This document shows, piece after piece, positions 25,390-38,667 of a stretch of 64,000 nucleotides of DNA. The position numbers were made by a program, and so were the translations under genes. Each line of letters begins with the position of its first letter. The stretch's first letter is position 1. The notes beneath the pieces were generated by a model. The model was not told where the DNA came from, ran no database searches, and saw nothing but the letters and a program-made list of their open reading frames with translations. Source of the DNA: an uncultured virus (IMG/VR IMGVR_UViG_3300042430_001364) (lineage: Duplodnaviria; Heunggongvirae; Uroviricota; Caudoviricetes); the IMG/VR virus record IMGVR_UViG_3300042430_001364. One strand, 5' to 3'.

Positions 25390-27420
25390 ATGGCTATCTA
25401 CTATACAGGCTCACTGGTCGGCAATCAAATCAACTTTACAACAGGCTCTGCGTCGATTGTTGCCGCTGACCTTAAACAGTACGTTATCGACCAGACAGTT
25501 TCTGGTGGACAAACTGGTTTAACCCCAAGCACAAAGGCTACATTCGACTTTACCACTGGTATCTCTGGTTACCTTAGTGGTCAAGCTTATGACTTGAGAG
25601 TTGCCACAGGAATTATCTCCAATTTCACTGGTACTCTTGGCTCTGCTGCTTTCCGCGATATCTCTGAAACTGTCGCGGAAAACGGCACAGGCGTTTCAAC
25701 GTCTGATTCTGTATGGGATTTCGGCACAGGCTTGTCTGGCTACCTCTCTATCAACGCTGGTAATCTTTACCAAGTTAATGCTTCTAGCCCAACTGCTAAT
25801 ACAGCTAATATCAATTTAACTGGTCGTGTTAGCGGTCAAGTTTTCAATGATTTTGTTCAAGTAGTTGCTGGAACTGGTCTTGAACTTTCTGTTGCTACTG
25901 ATGCAATTACAATTTCTCACAAAGATACTTCTAGCGTAGCTGATGTTACTGTTGCCGCAGCTGCTGGTTCTGCTATCACTGGTGTTGTATTCACTTTTGA
26001 CCCATTTGGTCACGTTCTCTCTGCTACTGGTCAAACCGCAGTTATTGTTCGTGATCAAATTGCTAGCGGCGTAACCACAACTGCTCCAAGTGAAGGTTCT
26101 GTTCATACTTTGTCTGGTTTGCTGAGAACTTTAATCAATGAATCGTATGCTAGAGATTTAGAAAGCGTAACAAACAGCGGAAATTCTACCACAAACGGAA
26201 TTACAGTTGGCGATCTTACTGCAAATGGTAATGTGATTCTTGGTAGTGATGCTTCTGATACATTAACAGTTAAAGCTGGTCCAGTTGTTTTCTTAAACTC
26301 TGTTCAAAGCTCTGACGCTGTTGTTTTCGGTCCAAACGACGCGACAAAAGTTTCGGCTTACAAATCCGACGCAAATCTTTTAAGACTTGATGGTAGTTTA
26401 GTCATTACTGGTAACTTAACTGTTAGCGGTACTACAACCTACATTAACACAACCGAAACAAACATCGGTGATGCGCTAATTACTCTTAACGCTGACTTTA
26501 CTGGAGCAGTACCAACTGAAAACGGTGGTATTGAAATTGAACGCGGCACAGAAGCAAACACAGCTCTCCGCTGGAACGAAGGTCTTGATCGCTGGCAGTT
26601 CACAAACGATGGAACGACATACTACAATATGCCGATCACATCGGAATTCACCATGTACGACCTTGCTGTCGCTGCTGGTGGAACTAATGATGCGATTATC
26701 CGCATCACAGGCTCTAATGGCGACGTAAATGACATTACTATTAGCGGCTCTAGCGGAATTCTTGTTACTGACAATGGTTCTAATCTGATTGTTGTTTCTC
26801 ACGAAGATACATCTGCTGCCGTTAGCACAGTTAGCACAAATACTCAAGGCGTTGTAATCCAGAATTTCACTGGTCTAGTTGATATTTACGGTCACATCAC
26901 TGGTCTTGGCGTTCAAACAACTGACCTTGACGTTCTTTATCCTCGCACTGGTCAAGTAACACTTGATTACATCACCACAAACGGTTCTGGCACAGCTAAC
27001 GATCTTGTTATCGGTGGCATTACAGTTTCAGGTTCTGCTCAAGCTAAGTCTGATCACTTTGCAGTTTACTGCACAACTACAGACGACGCAACCACAGAAA
27101 TGTTCTTAAACGGAACATCTGGACGAGTCACTATCGCAAATAATTCTGCCGCTTCTTTCAAAGGAACAATCACAGCGTTCGATACAACAAACGCCAAAGC
27201 CGCTTCTTGGTCTTATGATTGCTTGGTTGCTAACAAAGCTGGTAATACAGCTCTTGTCGCTAACGCTATCGTCACAAAGTTCGCTTCTGAAAGCAACGCT
27301 CCTTGGGAAGTGTTCGTTGATGGCGACAATACAACAGATTCTCTAAAGCTCCAAGTTAAAGGCGAAGCCGCCGCTACAATCAAATGGACTGCTAGCGTAA
27401 TTAGCGCTGTCGTTTCATAA
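25390..27420 (+). CDS. Fibre-like virion protein (676 aa)
   Basis: Thr/Gly/Ser-rich; GNLTVSGTTT...D.LITLN...GGIEIERG...WNE...WQF fibre motif. Confidence 0.7.
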   Translation: MAIYYTGSLVGNQINFTTGSASIVAADLKQYVIDQTVSGGQTGLTPSTKATFDFTTGISGYLSGQAYDLRVATGIISNFTGTLGSAAFRDISETVAENGTGVSTSDSVWDFGTGLSGYLSINAGNLYQVNASSPTANTANINLTGRVSGQVFNDFVQVVAGTGLELSVATDAITISHKDTSSVADVTVAAAAGSAITGVVFTFDPFGHVLSATGQTAVIVRDQIASGVTTTAPSEGSVHTLSGLLRTLINESYARDLESVTNSGNSTTNGITVGDLTANGNVILGSDASDTLTVKAGPVVFLNSVQSSDAVVFGPNDATKVSAYKSDANLLRLDGSLVITGNLTVSGTTTYINTTETNIGDALITLNADFTGAVPTENGGIEIERGTEANTALRWNEGLDRWQFTNDGTTYYNMPITSEFTMYDLAVAAGGTNDAIIRITGSNGDVNDITISGSSGILVTDNGSNLIVVSHEDTSAAVSTVSTNTQGVVIQNFTGLVDIYGHITGLGVQTTDLDVLYPRTGQVTLDYITTNGSGTANDLVIGGITVSGSAQAKSDHFAVYCTTTDDATTEMFLNGTSGRVTIANNSAASFKGTITAFDTTNAKAASWSYDCLVANKAGNTALVANAIVTKFASESNAPWEVFVDGDNTTDSLKLQVKGEAAATIKWTASVISAVVS

Positions 27421-27455
27421 GTGGGCGATGAATTTTGAAATTAACATAAAGCAAT

Positions 27456-29432
27456 ATGGGAGTTTACTATCTAGGAGCAAGTCCTCAACAAGTTGATTTT
27501 CAAATCGTTGATGTTGATACTGGCGTTTTCTTAAACGCGCAGAGTGGCATAGCTTATAGTTCAACTCGCTTAAGCGGGCAGCTTTCATCTTATTACGCAG
27601 ACGCATCTAATCTAACTGGAACTGCAAATTTACCTTCTGGTGTTTTTGGTACATTAGATGTTGATTCGTTTATTAGAAATGTATCAACCAAGTTCGTTGA
27701 TTATACAGTTTCTACTGCTGACGATGTTATTATCTCAAGTTCAGCTGATCCAAAGACAATTAGTTTAATCTACGCTTCTGGCAACGCTGGAAGACAGTTT
27801 GTAATCAAAAATAAAGGAGCTGGAACTGTTACAGTTAACGCTTCTGGAGTTGGTCAGATTGATGGCGCAGATACTTATTCTTTGCCGCAATATCAATCTA
27901 TATCTGTGTTTAGCGATGGATCAACTTGGAACGCTGATGCTGGTAAGCAAGGCATTCAAGGTATTCAAGGCTTGCAGGGCGTACAAGGAACTCAGGGTCC
28001 ACAGGGAACTCAAGGCGTTCAGGGTACGCAAGGCGTTCAAGGAACTCAAGGCGTTCAGGGTACGCAAGGTTTACAAGGCCCACAAGGAACGCAGGGTGTT
28101 CAAGGTACTCAAGGTTTGCAAGGCCCACAAGGAACTCAAGGAGTTCAAGGTACACAAGGCGTTACTGGTTCGCAAGGCTCAACAGGCGCAACTGGAGCAC
28201 AAGGAACTACTGGAGCTACAGGCGCGCAGGGAACTACTGGTACTAACGGCGCTACAGGTTCACAAGGCTCAACAGGAGCTACTGGCTCGCAAGGCGCTCA
28301 AGGAACGCAAGGAAGAACAGGCGCGCAGGGGACGACAGGCGCAACAGGTAATACTGGTAATACCGGTTCGCAAGGTGCAACAGGTTCAACTGGATCTACA
28401 GGCGGTACAGGCGCTACAGGCGCGCAGGGGGCGACAGGCGCAACAGGTAATACTGGTAATACTGGTTCACAAGGCGCGACTGGCTCAACTGGATCTACAG
28501 GATCAACTGGCGCAACAGGAGCGCAGGGAATTTCTGGCGCAACAATAGACAATACAGAAAGAACTTTATCCCGTTTATCTTTCACGGGTGTTGGTGGAAA
28601 TTCTAATGTAACTTTTGGAGCAAATCACTATTCAATTGGTCAAGCTGGAGGAGGTTGGGATTATCCATATCCAGATTTAATTATTGGTTACCATACAGGT
28701 ATTCGCATTGGTGGGTACTGGAATTACGGCGGTACAAGATTCTATAATGATTCACCAACTTCTAATGGTGGTGCCGAAGCTGAATTAATGTCGATAGGTA
28801 ATGGAGATAATAACGTAAGAGTTCAAAATACAATTTATGCCGCAGTTTTTTCCGATATTAACAATACTGCATATTATTTAGATCCAAATTCAAACTCCAA
28901 TTTTGCTGGATCTATAAGCGTTAGCCAAAATAACGCTTCGGGTGGAGGCATCATTCTCGCTGATGATGGCGACATTGTTGATTTGAATGACGCTTACTGT
29001 TCAATGCGATTTACCTCTGGAGTTCGTATTTTTAGCGCAAATAGAAGTGGTAGCGCGGTTATTAGTCTAGGAAGTAACGGAGCAATCGTAGCGAATTCTA
29101 ATATTACCGCTTATGGAAGCGCTTCTGATATTAGATTAAAAGAAAATATTGTTCGTATTGATAACGCATTAAATAAGGTAATGCAGATAAATGGTTATTA
29201 TTTTAACTATACTGGTAAAACTGAACGTATGGTTGGCGTTGTCGCGCAGGAAATTGAACCAGTTTTAAAAGAAGTCGTATATGAATACGAAAATATCGAA
29301 ACAAAAGAAAAGAACAAAGCTGTTTACTACGGAAATATCACAGCTCTTCTTATCGAAGCGATGAAAGAGCAGCAAGCTACCATCGAATCACTAAAAGACC
29401 GCATTTTAGTGCTGGAAAACATTAAAAACTAA
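27456..29432 (+). CDS. Collagen-like fibre with C-terminal S74-type intramolecular chaperone
   Basis: G-X-Y (GTQ/GAT) run; SDIRLKENI...GVVAQE....L.E.V...[12 protein letters not shown]. Confidence 0.85.
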   Translation: MGVYYLGASPQQVDFQIVDVDTGVFLNAQSGIAYSSTRLSGQLSSYYADASNLTGTANLPSGVFGTLDVDSFIRNVSTKFVDYTVSTADDVIISSSADPKTISLIYASGNAGRQFVIKNKGAGTVTVNASGVGQIDGADTYSLPQYQSISVFSDGSTWNADAGKQGIQGIQGLQGVQGTQGPQGTQGVQGTQGVQGTQGVQGTQGLQGPQGTQGVQGTQGLQGPQGTQGVQGTQGVTGSQGSTGATGAQGTTGATGAQGTTGTNGATGSQGSTGATGSQGAQGTQGRTGAQGTTGATGNTGNTGSQGATGSTGSTGGTGATGAQGATGATGNTGNTGSQGATGSTGSTGSTGATGAQGISGATIDNTERTLSRLSFTGVGGNSNVTFGANHYSIGQAGGGWDYPYPDLIIGYHTGIRIGGYWNYGGTRFYNDSPTSNGGAEAELMSIGNGDNNVRVQNTIYAAVFSDINNTAYYLDPNSNSNFAGSISVSQNNASGGGIILADDGDIVDLNDAYCSMRFTSGVRIFSANRSGSAVISLGSNGAIVANSNITAYGSASDIRLKENIVRIDNALNKVMQINGYYFNYTGKTERMVGVVAQEIEPVLKEVVYEYENIETKEKNKAVYYGNITALLIEAMKEQQATIESLKDRILVLENIKN

Positions 29433-29450
29433 TTTAAAATATATAAATTT

Positions 29451-29810
29451 ATGGCTATCACATATACATGGAAAGTAACAGGTATCAAGGTAAAAGACGA
29501 AGGCGCAAATAAGAACGCTATCGTTCAAACCTACTGGAAAAAAATCGGTACAGACGAAAACGGCAACGTTGGAGAATTCTCTGGCGCTACTCCTTTCACA
29601 AGCGCGAACGTTCCTGACGGACAGTTCGTTGCATTTGAAACTCTTACTGAAGCTAATGTTATCGCGTGGGTTCAAAGTGTCGTAACTGGCAGCTACGAAG
29701 AGCACGTTAACGAGCAAATCGCCAAGCAACTCGCTAAGAGCGATCCAGTAGAAATCAAAATGCCTTGGGATACTGGTGTTGCCCCTTCTGGCTCTGCTCC
29801 AACCCCATAA
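29451..29810 (+). CDS. Small fibre-associated protein
   Basis: MAITYTWKV...FVAFETLTE..V..WV...MPW pattern, located between fibre genes. Confidence 0.6.
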   Translation: MAITYTWKVTGIKVKDEGANKNAIVQTYWKKIGTDENGNVGEFSGATPFTSANVPDGQFVAFETLTEANVIAWVQSVVTGSYEEHVNEQIAKQLAKSDPVEIKMPWDTGVAPSGSAPTP

Positions 29811-29925
29811 GTTAGGTTGAGTTTATATAGCAGCTATGTTTTAGCCTTAAATGGTTAAAATATAGTTCGTTTTATGCTCAATTTAACTGTAAATCTAGTT
29901 ATCGGATTAAGGTAACTATAATAAC

Positions 29926-32900
29926 ATGGGTAAATACTACTTAGGTTCTCAATCAGGCGCGCAGGTAAACTTCTCAGTAGCAGATGCTACTGGAGTTATT
30001 AGCGACTTGAACTTAAGCGGTCTTTATCTTAGCGTAACTGGTAAAGCCGCCGATTCTGCGAAACTTAACGGAACTGGCGCTGACTATTATCGAAATGCTG
30101 GTAACTTAACTGGCTATATATTTGTTGATACAACAGGAATCACAAATGATATTACTGGTTTATTAGATCTTCCTAATAACTACCTTTCAATTACTGGTAA
30201 AGCTGCCGATTCTAATCTCTTAGATGGATATGATAGCTCTTATTTTAGAGATGGAAGTAATATTACAGGAAATGTAGTATTAAGCGGCGTTTTTACTGGT
30301 CTATTTAGCGGCGCAATATCTCATACTGATTATGTTGATTTCCATACTGGAACAACGTTTGGTTCACTTCCAGCTCGTTTAAAATGGAACGAAGAAGATG
30401 GAACAATTGACCTTGGATTAAAAGGCGGAAACGTAGTTCTTCAAGTTGGTCAAGATGCTGTTTCTTATGTATCAAATGCAGAAGCGACAACTCTTAATAA
30501 AGGTGAAGTTGTTTACTTATTCGGCGCTCATGGAGATCGCGCTTCTGTAAAAAGAGCTTCTAATTCTACTGAAGCTACATCAAGCAAAACATTAGGTGTT
30601 GTATTAGAATCTATTGCTCCAAACGGTGTTGGATTTGTAATGTCTAACGGTGTTGTTGAAGGGCTTTCTCTTGGAAGTTTTCAAGCTGGTGATTCTGTTT
30701 GGCTAGGCTCAACACCCGGCACTTTTACTGCAACTAGAGCGCTCGCTCCAAGTCATCTTGTTTTCATTGGTGTTATAGCTAGAGCAAATAACGGTAACGG
30801 TCAATTATACGTTAAAGTTCAAAACGGTTTTGAACTAAACGAAATTCATGACGTAAAAATTACTGGTTTAGCTAACAACGATTTCTTAATTTATAATAGC
30901 GGCTCTGGTCTTTGGGGAAATAAACAAGCTGATGCTTCAATTATTGTTAACACTCCGTACAGCGGAATTTCTTCAACTAATGTTCAAGATGCAATCAACG
31001 AATTAGAAGATGAAAAACTTTCAATCACAGGAAAAGCTGTTGATTCAGATTCTTTAGACGGAAATGATTCAACGTATTATAGAAACGCCGCAAACTTAAG
31101 TGGTGTTGCTACTTTACCTTCTGGCGTTTTCAATTATCTTAATGTTACTGGAACTCTTGACGCCGATTCTTTTGTTAGAAACGTAAATGTAAAAACTGGT
31201 CACTATACTTTAACAACTAGTGATGATAATATTGTTTTTGATTCCGCTACTCCATATACTGCCACTTTAATCTCAGCTTCTTCTAATGTTGGTCGCCAAT
31301 TTGTTATCACAAACAAAGGATCTGCGCAAATTACTGTTGACGCTACTTACAATGGGCAAATTGATGGAGCTAATGCTTATTACTTAGAACAGTATAAGAC
31401 TCTTGTTTTAATTAGTGATGGCGCAACTTGGAATTCTGTTGGTGGTAGCCAAGGCGTTCAAGGCTCTCAAGGATTACAAGGCGTTCAAGGAACTCAAGGC
31501 GTTCAAGGAACGCAAGGAGTTCAAGGAACGCAAGGTGTTCAGGGCACACAAGGTATTCAAGGCACTCAAGGAGTTCAAGGTACGCAAGGAATTCAAGGAT
31601 TGCTTGGTATTCAAGGAGCCGAAGGCGCGCAAGGCATTCAAGGAATTCAAGGTGTTCAAGGAACAACTGGTATTCAAGGATCTGCTGGTTATATCGGCGC
31701 AGACGGTTCTCAAGGCACTTTTGGTTCGCAAGGCACACAAGGAACTCAAGGAATTCAAGGTCTTCAAGGACTTGAAGGCTCACAAGGAACTCAAGGAGTT
31801 CAAGGCGTTCAAGGCGTTCAGGGAACTCAAGGCGTTCAAGGCGTTCAAGGATTGCAGGGCGTTCAAGGAACACAAGGAATTCAAGGCACTCAAGGCTTAG
31901 AAGGCTTACAAGGCGTTCAAGGCACACAAGGAGTTCAAGGAATTACTGGCGCTCAAGGAGCAACAGGCTCACAAGGAGCGCAGGGAACTCAAGGTATTCA
32001 AGGCTTAGAAGGTGCGCAAGGTACACAAGGAGTTCAAGGAACACAAGGAATTCAAGGATTAGAAGGACTGCAAGGCGTTCAAGGCACACAAGGAATTCAG
32101 GGCGTTCAAGGCACTCAAGGCGTTACTGGTTCTCAAGGTGCAACAGGCTCACAAGGCACTCAAGGCACTCAAGGAGTTCAAGGAATTACTGGATCACAAG
32201 GCGCACAAGGTACTCAAGGCGTTCAAGGCACTCAAGGTGTTCAAGGCGACAGAGGTATTGAAATTTCTACTTCTGCAACTGCTCCAGTTTCTGCTGAAGC
32301 TAATGATCTTTGGTGGAATTCTTCTGACGGTAATTTAAATATTTATTATAGCAGCAATTGGGTAGAAGCTTTCTCTGCTATCGCTGGTCCACAAGGAACA
32401 ACTGGTGGACAAGGTGTAACAGGCGCACAAGGAACTGCTGGAACATTCGGCGGCGCTGCTTTCGATTATACTTTCAGCGACTCAACAACTGACGCTGACC
32501 CAACATCTGGTAAACTTCGTTTAAATAACGCTCTATTCTCTTCTGCTACTGAATTATACATTAGCCAAACAGACGATTTAAGCGTTTCTATATACAATTT
32601 CTTACAGACCATTGATGATTCTACTTCTGCAATCAAAGGTCACTTCTCGATCACTAGCAAAACAACTCCAGCTAATTCTGTTTTATTTAGTATCACTGGA
32701 AGTCATACTCATGCGACAAATTACTTTAAAGTTCCAGTAAGTAAATTATCTGGCGTAAATTCTTTCTCAAACAACGAAGACATTGTAATTACTTTTGCTA
32801 GAACTGGTGACGTTGGTGACGCTGGCGCTCAAGGTACACAAGGGTTGCAAGGCGTTCAAGGGTTGCAAGGCGTTCAAGGGTTGCAAGGCGTTCAAGGGTT

Positions 32901-35892
32901 GCAGGGCGTTCAAGGAATCCAAGGAGAAACTGGTTCGCAAGGAGCAACTGGTTCTCAAGGCGTTCAAGGGTTGCAGGGCGTTCAAGGATTGCAGGGATTA
33001 GAAGGTGCTCAAGGCGTTCAAGGCGTTCAAGGAACGCAAGGAATCCAAGGAGAAACTGGTCTACAAGGAGCAACTGGTAGCCAAGGAACACAAGGAGTTC
33101 AAGGAATCACTGGTCTGCAAGGCACGACGGGATCACAAGGAACTCAAGGCGTTCAAGGAACTATTGGTTCTCAAGGAACTGCTGGTTACATTGGCGCTGA
33201 TGGCGCACAAGGAGCAACTGGAACAACTGGCGCTCAAGGATCGCAAGGAATTCAAGGCGTTCAGGGTGTTCAGGGAGTTCAAGGCACTCAAGGTGTTCAG
33301 GGCACGCAAGGACTTCAAGGCGTTCAAGGATTGCAAGGCGTTCAAGGCGTTCAAGGCGTCACTGGCTCGCAAGGCGCTAGCGGCTACGTTGGTTCTGATG
33401 GCGCGCAAGGCTCCACAGGCGCGCAAGGCATTCAAGGCTTGCAAGGTGTTCAAGGTCTTAAAGGAACACAAATAACAACATCTGACTCTGCGCCCGGCTC
33501 TCCAACCGTTAATGATCTTTGGTGGAACTCCACATCTGGTACATTGATGATTTATTACTATGATGGCGATACTTTTCAATGGGTAGATGCTGCTGCTGGC
33601 GCAGTTGGTTCGCAAGGTGCAACAGGTGCTCAAGGTGCAGTTGGTGCGCAAGGCGCAACTGGTTCACAAGGCGCTCAAGGAACTCAAGGAGTTCAGGGAG
33701 CTAACGGCTCGCAAGGAACAACTGGAGATACTGGTGCTCAAGGCTCAACTGGCGCTCAAGGCGTTCAAGGCATCACTGGTACGCAAGGTATCACTGGTCA
33801 AACAGGCGCTCAAGGAGCAACTGGCGCACAAGGAACTTCTGGAACAAACGGTTCACAAGGAACAACTGGTAGCCAAGGAGCTACTGGTACACAAGGAACA
33901 GTAGGAGCACAAGGAACAACTGGTGCTCAGGGCGTTCAAGGAACTTCGGGAGCTTCGATTCTTGGTACAGCGAATACTTGGGCAAATACAAATGCGTTTA
34001 CGACGTTGAGCGCGAGCAGTTCAATCAGCGGTGCAGTTGGAGCATATTTTCCTTCTATTTCGCCCGCGCCATCTGGCTCTAATCTAGAAGTAGGTTATGA
34101 CTCCGGCAGCAACATTGGTGTGTTACAGGCTTACAATCGCACAGGCTCTGCTTGGCGCGATGTCGGAATGTATGGGTTGACTTCAAAACACTTTGCCAGC
34201 GGTTCCTTGATTGGCACATTCTCCTCCACCGGCCTCGCCGTGACCGGGGCGTTGTCGTCTACCACAGGAGCCAACTTTGCGACGAGCAGCGGCAACGTCG
34301 GCATTGGGACGAGTTCGCCTTCTGGATATTTGGCAAACAAACTTGTCATAAATACAGGCACTGATTACAACAATGGCATAACTATCGCTAGTGCATCAAA
34401 TAGAAATGGCTCAATCTGGTTTGGTGATGGAACAACGGGCAATGAGTCGTATCGTGGCGGCATTGATTATCAACACACCACAGACACATTGTATTTATAC
34501 GCAGGTGCTTTAGGTAATTTCACACTCACCTCCACTGGCGTCGCCGTGACTGGAACAATTAGCGGTACTGGAGCAAATACATTTGTTTCAACCACAGCAA
34601 GTGGTAACTGGGGATTTGTTCACAGTAATTTTTATGCGGGTCAGGGTGGAAATGTATATAGCAAAGGTTTCAGCAGCGGAGCCATAGGCATCTTTAATGG
34701 AAGTGTCACTGCCCAAGATATTTATTTGTACAATCAGAACGACCCAGGCGCCGGTATTCTTGTATTAAAAGCCAGCGGTAACGTCGGCATTGGGACGACG
34801 AGTCCTACGTCTAAACTGACAACATATTATACAGGAATTTACGACAGTAATACTACTCGGTTTGTTGACATTGCTGGTGAGTTTTTTGGAACTGATCCAT
34901 CTTCAGCCACTAACGCGGGAGCTTTTACTGGCATAAGAATGGGTAACATTACGGCTGGAAAATACGCCATGATGGGCGCGGTTTCTGAAGATAATTTAGG
35001 TTTTTCAAGAGCGAATGGTTTATCTTTTTGGACATCTCCGCAGGACACTGCGCCAATCGAGAGGTTGCGTATTAGCAACGCTGGTAACGTCGGCATTGGT
35101 ACTGCGAGTCCTAGCGCAAAACTTGAAGTTAATGCCGGAACTGGAACTCCTGCATTTAATAACGGAATTGCAATAGTAACAGGTAATAGTACATTTACTG
35201 ATGGTCACGGTGGCATACTTCAGTTTCAAAATGAAGATGTGATAACGGCAGCAGTTAGAGGAATAAGAGAAGCTGGTTGGGGTTCTGCGATAGCTCTATA
35301 TACCCATAATACAAGTTCCGGAAATACATTTGGCACTACTGTCGTAGAGAGAATGCGCATCGACAGCAGCGGCACTCTGCTGGTGGGGACGACAAATACT
35401 GATCCAACATTTAACCGTGTTAATGGCACAAACATTACGAGCGATGGAAGAATTTATGCGCGAGCTACTGGTTCTTGGGACTTAGGTGCCAATAGCTCTA
35501 CTCCAATTCATATTGCATTTTATACAGACAACGGCTCTGCGCGGGTAAATGCTGGCTCAATTAGTTCGTCTGGCAGCACCACAACCTACGCAACCAGTTC
35601 CGACTATCGCCGCAAATCTAACGTCCAAGACCTTACTGGCAGCGGCGCGTTTATCGACGCTCTAAAACCGCGCACGTTCGATTGGGATACTGGCGACAAG
35701 GGCGTTGGTTTCGTTGCTCACGAATTTGCTGAGGTATCTCCTTCGTCTGTTAGTGGCGAAAAAGACGCCGTAGATTCTGACGGCAAGCCTGTCTATCAAG
35801 CCATGCAAGCCTCCTCATCTGAAGTTATCGCCAACCTAGTTGCAGAACTTCAATCCCTACGCGCCCGCGTAGCCGCACTCGAAACCAACTAA
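29926..35892 (+). CDS. Large collagen-like fibre (1988 aa) with GNVGIGT repeats and S74-type chaperone
   Basis: Several G-X-Q runs, three GNVGIGT.SP repeats, SDYRRKSNV...LKPRTFDW...GFVAHE. Confidence 0.85.
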   Translation: MGKYYLGSQSGAQVNFSVADATGVISDLNLSGLYLSVTGKAADSAKLNGTGADYYRNAGNLTGYIFVDTTGITNDITGLLDLPNNYLSITGKAADSNLLDGYDSSYFRDGSNITGNVVLSGVFTGLFSGAISHTDYVDFHTGTTFGSLPARLKWNEEDGTIDLGLKGGNVVLQVGQDAVSYVSNAEATTLNKGEVVYLFGAHGDRASVKRASNSTEATSSKTLGVVLESIAPNGVGFVMSNGVVEGLSLGSFQAGDSVWLGSTPGTFTATRALAPSHLVFIGVIARANNGNGQLYVKVQNGFELNEIHDVKITGLANNDFLIYNSGSGLWGNKQADASIIVNTPYSGISSTNVQDAINELEDEKLSITGKAVDSDSLDGNDSTYYRNAANLSGVATLPSGVFNYLNVTGTLDADSFVRNVNVKTGHYTLTTSDDNIVFDSATPYTATLISASSNVGRQFVITNKGSAQITVDATYNGQIDGANAYYLEQYKTLVLISDGATWNSVGGSQGVQGSQGLQGVQGTQGVQGTQGVQGTQGVQGTQGIQGTQGVQGTQGIQGLLGIQGAEGAQGIQGIQGVQGTTGIQGSAGYIGADGSQGTFGSQGTQGTQGIQGLQGLEGSQGTQGVQGVQGVQGTQGVQGVQGLQGVQGTQGIQGTQGLEGLQGVQGTQGVQGITGAQGATGSQGAQGTQGIQGLEGAQGTQGVQGTQGIQGLEGLQGVQGTQGIQGVQGTQGVTGSQGATGSQGTQGTQGVQGITGSQGAQGTQGVQGTQGVQGDRGIEISTSATAPVSAEANDLWWNSSDGNLNIYYSSNWVEAFSAIAGPQGTTGGQGVTGAQGTAGTFGGAAFDYTFSDSTTDADPTSGKLRLNNALFSSATELYISQTDDLSVSIYNFLQTIDDSTSAIKGHFSITSKTTPANSVLFSITGSHTHATNYFKVPVSKLSGVNSFSNNEDIVITFARTGDVGDAGAQGTQGLQGVQGLQGVQGLQGVQGLQGVQGIQGETGSQGATGSQGVQGLQGVQGLQGLEGAQGVQGVQGTQGIQGETGLQGATGSQGTQGVQGITGLQGTTGSQGTQGVQGTIGSQGTAGYIGADGAQGATGTTGAQGSQGIQGVQGVQGVQGTQGVQGTQGLQGVQGLQGVQGVQGVTGSQGASGYVGSDGAQGSTGAQGIQGLQGVQGLKGTQITTSDSAPGSPTVNDLWWNSTSGTLMIYYYDGDTFQWVDAAAGAVGSQGATGAQGAVGAQGATGSQGAQGTQGVQGANGSQGTTGDTGAQGSTGAQGVQGITGTQGITGQTGAQGATGAQGTSGTNGSQGTTGSQGATGTQGTVGAQGTTGAQGVQGTSGASILGTANTWANTNAFTTLSASSSISGAVGAYFPSISPAPSGSNLEVGYDSGSNIGVLQAYNRTGSAWRDVGMYGLTSKHFASGSLIGTFSSTGLAVTGALSSTTGANFATSSGNVGIGTSSPSGYLANKLVINTGTDYNNGITIASASNRNGSIWFGDGTTGNESYRGGIDYQHTTDTLYLYAGALGNFTLTSTGVAVTGTISGTGANTFVSTTASGNWGFVHSNFYAGQGGNVYSKGFSSGAIGIFNGSVTAQDIYLYNQNDPGAGILVLKASGNVGIGTTSPTSKLTTYYTGIYDSNTTRFVDIAGEFFGTDPSSATNAGAFTGIRMGNITAGKYAMMGAVSEDNLGFSRANGLSFWTSPQDTAPIERLRISNAGNVGIGTASPSAKLEVNAGTGTPAFNNGIAIVTGNSTFTDGHGGILQFQNEDVITAAVRGIREAGWGSAIALYTHNTSSGNTFGTTVVERMRIDSSGTLLVGTTNTDPTFNRVNGTNITSDGRIYARATGSWDLGANSSTPIHIAFYTDNGSARVNAGSISSSGSTTTYATSSDYRRKSNVQDLTGSGAFIDALKPRTFDWDTGDKGVGFVAHEFAEVSPSSVSGEKDAVDSDGKPVYQAMQASSSEVIANLVAELQSLRARVAALETN

Positions 35893-35937
35893 TATACCTA
35901 TTAGAAACTAACAGAAATTAATGTAAAATAATATAGT

Positions 35938-38661
35938 ATGGCCGTTCCAATTTCATTTCCCGCAAACCCGACTGTAAATCAAGTCTATACTAACGCCCAA
36001 AACAAAAATTGGCGCTGGAACGGTACGTCTTGGAAAGCTTTCAACAGCTCTTTCTTTGATACTACAAATGCGGACAATATTGTAACTGGAACACTTGCTA
36101 ATGCGCGAATTCATTCAGTATTAACTGGAAAGACATATAACGGAATTTCGCCAACAACTCATACCACCGGGTTCTCTGTTGCTGGTGGAAGTGAAACTAG
36201 CAAAACTTTAACTGTTCGCAACACTTTAGCTATTCAAGGAACTGATAATGGTTATTTGGATATTGGAGCTGGTGGAGTTCTTAAGAGCGCCGCTTTTACT
36301 GATGCTTCGCAAGGAACTACAGGCGCGCAGGGTACGCAGGGCGTGCAAGGCACTCAAGGAGTGCAGGGAACTACTGGTATTCAAGGGTCGCAGGGCGTTC
36401 AGGGGTTGCAGGGAGTTCAGGGTACTCAAGGTATCACTGGCTCGCAAGGTGCGACAGGATCGCAAGGAACTGGTGGAACAATCGGCGTAAATGGCGCTCA
36501 AGGTTCAACTGGAGCTACTGGTTCGCAGGGTACTACAGGAACAACAGGAACAACAGGAGCTACAGGCTCGCAAGGTGCTCAAGGAACGCAAGGAAGAACA
36601 GGCGCGCAGGGAACAACAGGAACTACTGGTAATACTGGTAATACTGGTTCGCAAGGCGCGACAGGCTCAACAGGTAATACTGGTAATACTGGTTCTACTG
36701 GCGCAACTGGCGCAACAGGCGCACAAGGAACTTCGGGTGCAACAATTTTAGGTAACACTCAAGCTTGGAGTGCGGTAAATTCTTATAATTATCTTAGTGC
36801 AAGTGGAATTGCAAATAGTTCGTTTAGTATTGGCACTTCCGTACTTGGTGGCGTTCATATTAATCCAGGCGGTGGGACTGGTGGAGGAAATTCCTACGAA
36901 GGCGCAATTACTTTCGGCGTTGGTAACAATGCAGCTGCTCAAGCTGGTATTTACGTAAGTAATAACGGCAGTGAAGGTACTCATATGGCTTTTGCTACTA
37001 CGGACAGTTACGCAACTGGCCCGCAGATTGGTTTGAGAATTATGAATACTGGTTATTCATATTTTCCAAGAAACTATGTTGAATCTGCTGGAAGTTTTCG
37101 CGCTCCATTATTTTATGATAGTAATAATACAAGTTATTATTGTGATCCAGCGAGCGGAACTAATCTTAATGGAACATTTGTAAATAATGGCGGAACAACA
37201 ATGACTGGTGGTTGGAATCGCAGCATGCTTTTGTCTGCCACGTTTCCAGTTCTTGTATTTGGTTCTAATGCTACAAAATTTTCGGGAATAGGTGTTGATT
37301 ACAGTAGTGCCGCAGCAGGAATGTTTTTCTGGGTTAACGGTTCCAGCAGTGATATTAGCGGAACTGGAAACGTAGCTCTTGGTATTAATACTGGTAATTA
37401 TGTAACAGCTTATGGTTCATTCCGCGCACCAATTTTCTATGACAGTAATGATACAGGATATTATTGCGATCCAGCCAGTACCAGTAGATTAAATGCAATT
37501 ACCTATACTAATATGTATAGTTCGGCTAGTTCGGCTTACGGGTTTTTTGGAAATAATGTTTATACAGATACTGTAAATTCTGGCGCTGCTGGTGATCCAT
37601 TGGAATTATGTTATCATACAGGAGCTTATACTACTACATCTGGTAGTATGCGAGCGCCACTTTTTTATGATAGCAGTAATACTTCATATTATTGTGATCC
37701 TGCATCTACATCAGTATTGTATAGAACATTAACTTCTCATGTTTCTCTAGATTCAACGCGTGTTGTTGCTCCAGGAGGTGGATCATATACAACTCAATCA
37801 TCCTCTATTACTGGTGCGATTAAAATTAAACTTCCAACAGCCAAGCTTAATTCAAATACGATGTTGCGTTTTACTGTTAAAATTTACCAGTATAGCACGG
37901 GTTTATGTCATGAATTTAATATTGGTGGATATAATTACAATGGTGGTCAATGGTATAATGTATTTGCAACTCAAGTTAGCGATGGATCGACTTCTCCATA
38001 TACCGTAAGATTTGGTTATGATTCGACTGCAAATTGTATTTGGATAGGAGAAACTGGCAGTTCTTGGTATTATCCTCAAGTTTTCGTAACCGATTTTCAA
38101 GCAGGATATTCAGCAATTAATAGTGATTGGGCTGACGGTTGGGAAGTCAGTTATGTAACTTCTTTCAATTCAGTAACTGAATCTAGAGTAGCTTCAATGG
38201 CGTTCACAACCAATAATGGTTCTGGAACAACATTATATGCTACTATTTTTTACGACGCTAACAATACCGCATATTATGTAGATCCAACTGATAGTTCCAC
38301 TTCTATTCGTTGCGCTGGGAATATCACAGCTTATTACTCCGACGAACGCTTAAAAACCCATTTAGGTAAAATTGAAAACGCAGTTGATAAAGTCAAAACA
38401 TTAGAAGGTTTCTATTACGAAGCTAACTCTATCGCTCAATCTTTTGGCTATAAAGTTAAACGTGAAGTTGGCGTAGGCGCACAAGCTGTTCAAAAAGTTC
38501 TTCCCGAAATCGTTTCAGAAGCGCCAGCTTCTGCGAAATACCTTACGATTGATTACTCAAAGCTAGCTCCTCTTCTCATTGAAGCAATTAAAGAACAACA
38601 ACAACAGATTGAACACCAACAACTCCAAATCGAAGAACTAAAAGCGTTAATTAAAAAATAA
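35938..38661 (+). CDS. Collagen-like fibre (907 aa) with FYDS.NT.YY.DP repeats and S74-type chaperone
   Basis: G-X-Y run, four FYD..NT.YY.DP-type repeats, SDERLK...GVGAQ.V..VLPE.V...[15 protein letters not shown]. Confidence 0.85.
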   Translation: MAVPISFPANPTVNQVYTNAQNKNWRWNGTSWKAFNSSFFDTTNADNIVTGTLANARIHSVLTGKTYNGISPTTHTTGFSVAGGSETSKTLTVRNTLAIQGTDNGYLDIGAGGVLKSAAFTDASQGTTGAQGTQGVQGTQGVQGTTGIQGSQGVQGLQGVQGTQGITGSQGATGSQGTGGTIGVNGAQGSTGATGSQGTTGTTGTTGATGSQGAQGTQGRTGAQGTTGTTGNTGNTGSQGATGSTGNTGNTGSTGATGATGAQGTSGATILGNTQAWSAVNSYNYLSASGIANSSFSIGTSVLGGVHINPGGGTGGGNSYEGAITFGVGNNAAAQAGIYVSNNGSEGTHMAFATTDSYATGPQIGLRIMNTGYSYFPRNYVESAGSFRAPLFYDSNNTSYYCDPASGTNLNGTFVNNGGTTMTGGWNRSMLLSATFPVLVFGSNATKFSGIGVDYSSAAAGMFFWVNGSSSDISGTGNVALGINTGNYVTAYGSFRAPIFYDSNDTGYYCDPASTSRLNAITYTNMYSSASSAYGFFGNNVYTDTVNSGAAGDPLELCYHTGAYTTTSGSMRAPLFYDSSNTSYYCDPASTSVLYRTLTSHVSLDSTRVVAPGGGSYTTQSSSITGAIKIKLPTAKLNSNTMLRFTVKIYQYSTGLCHEFNIGGYNYNGGQWYNVFATQVSDGSTSPYTVRFGYDSTANCIWIGETGSSWYYPQVFVTDFQAGYSAINSDWADGWEVSYVTSFNSVTESRVASMAFTTNNGSGTTLYATIFYDANNTAYYVDPTDSSTSIRCAGNITAYYSDERLKTHLGKIENAVDKVKTLEGFYYEANSIAQSFGYKVKREVGVGAQAVQKVLPEIVSEAPASAKYLTIDYSKLAPLLIEAIKEQQQQIEHQQLQIEELKALIKK

Positions 38662-38667
38662 TTTAAA

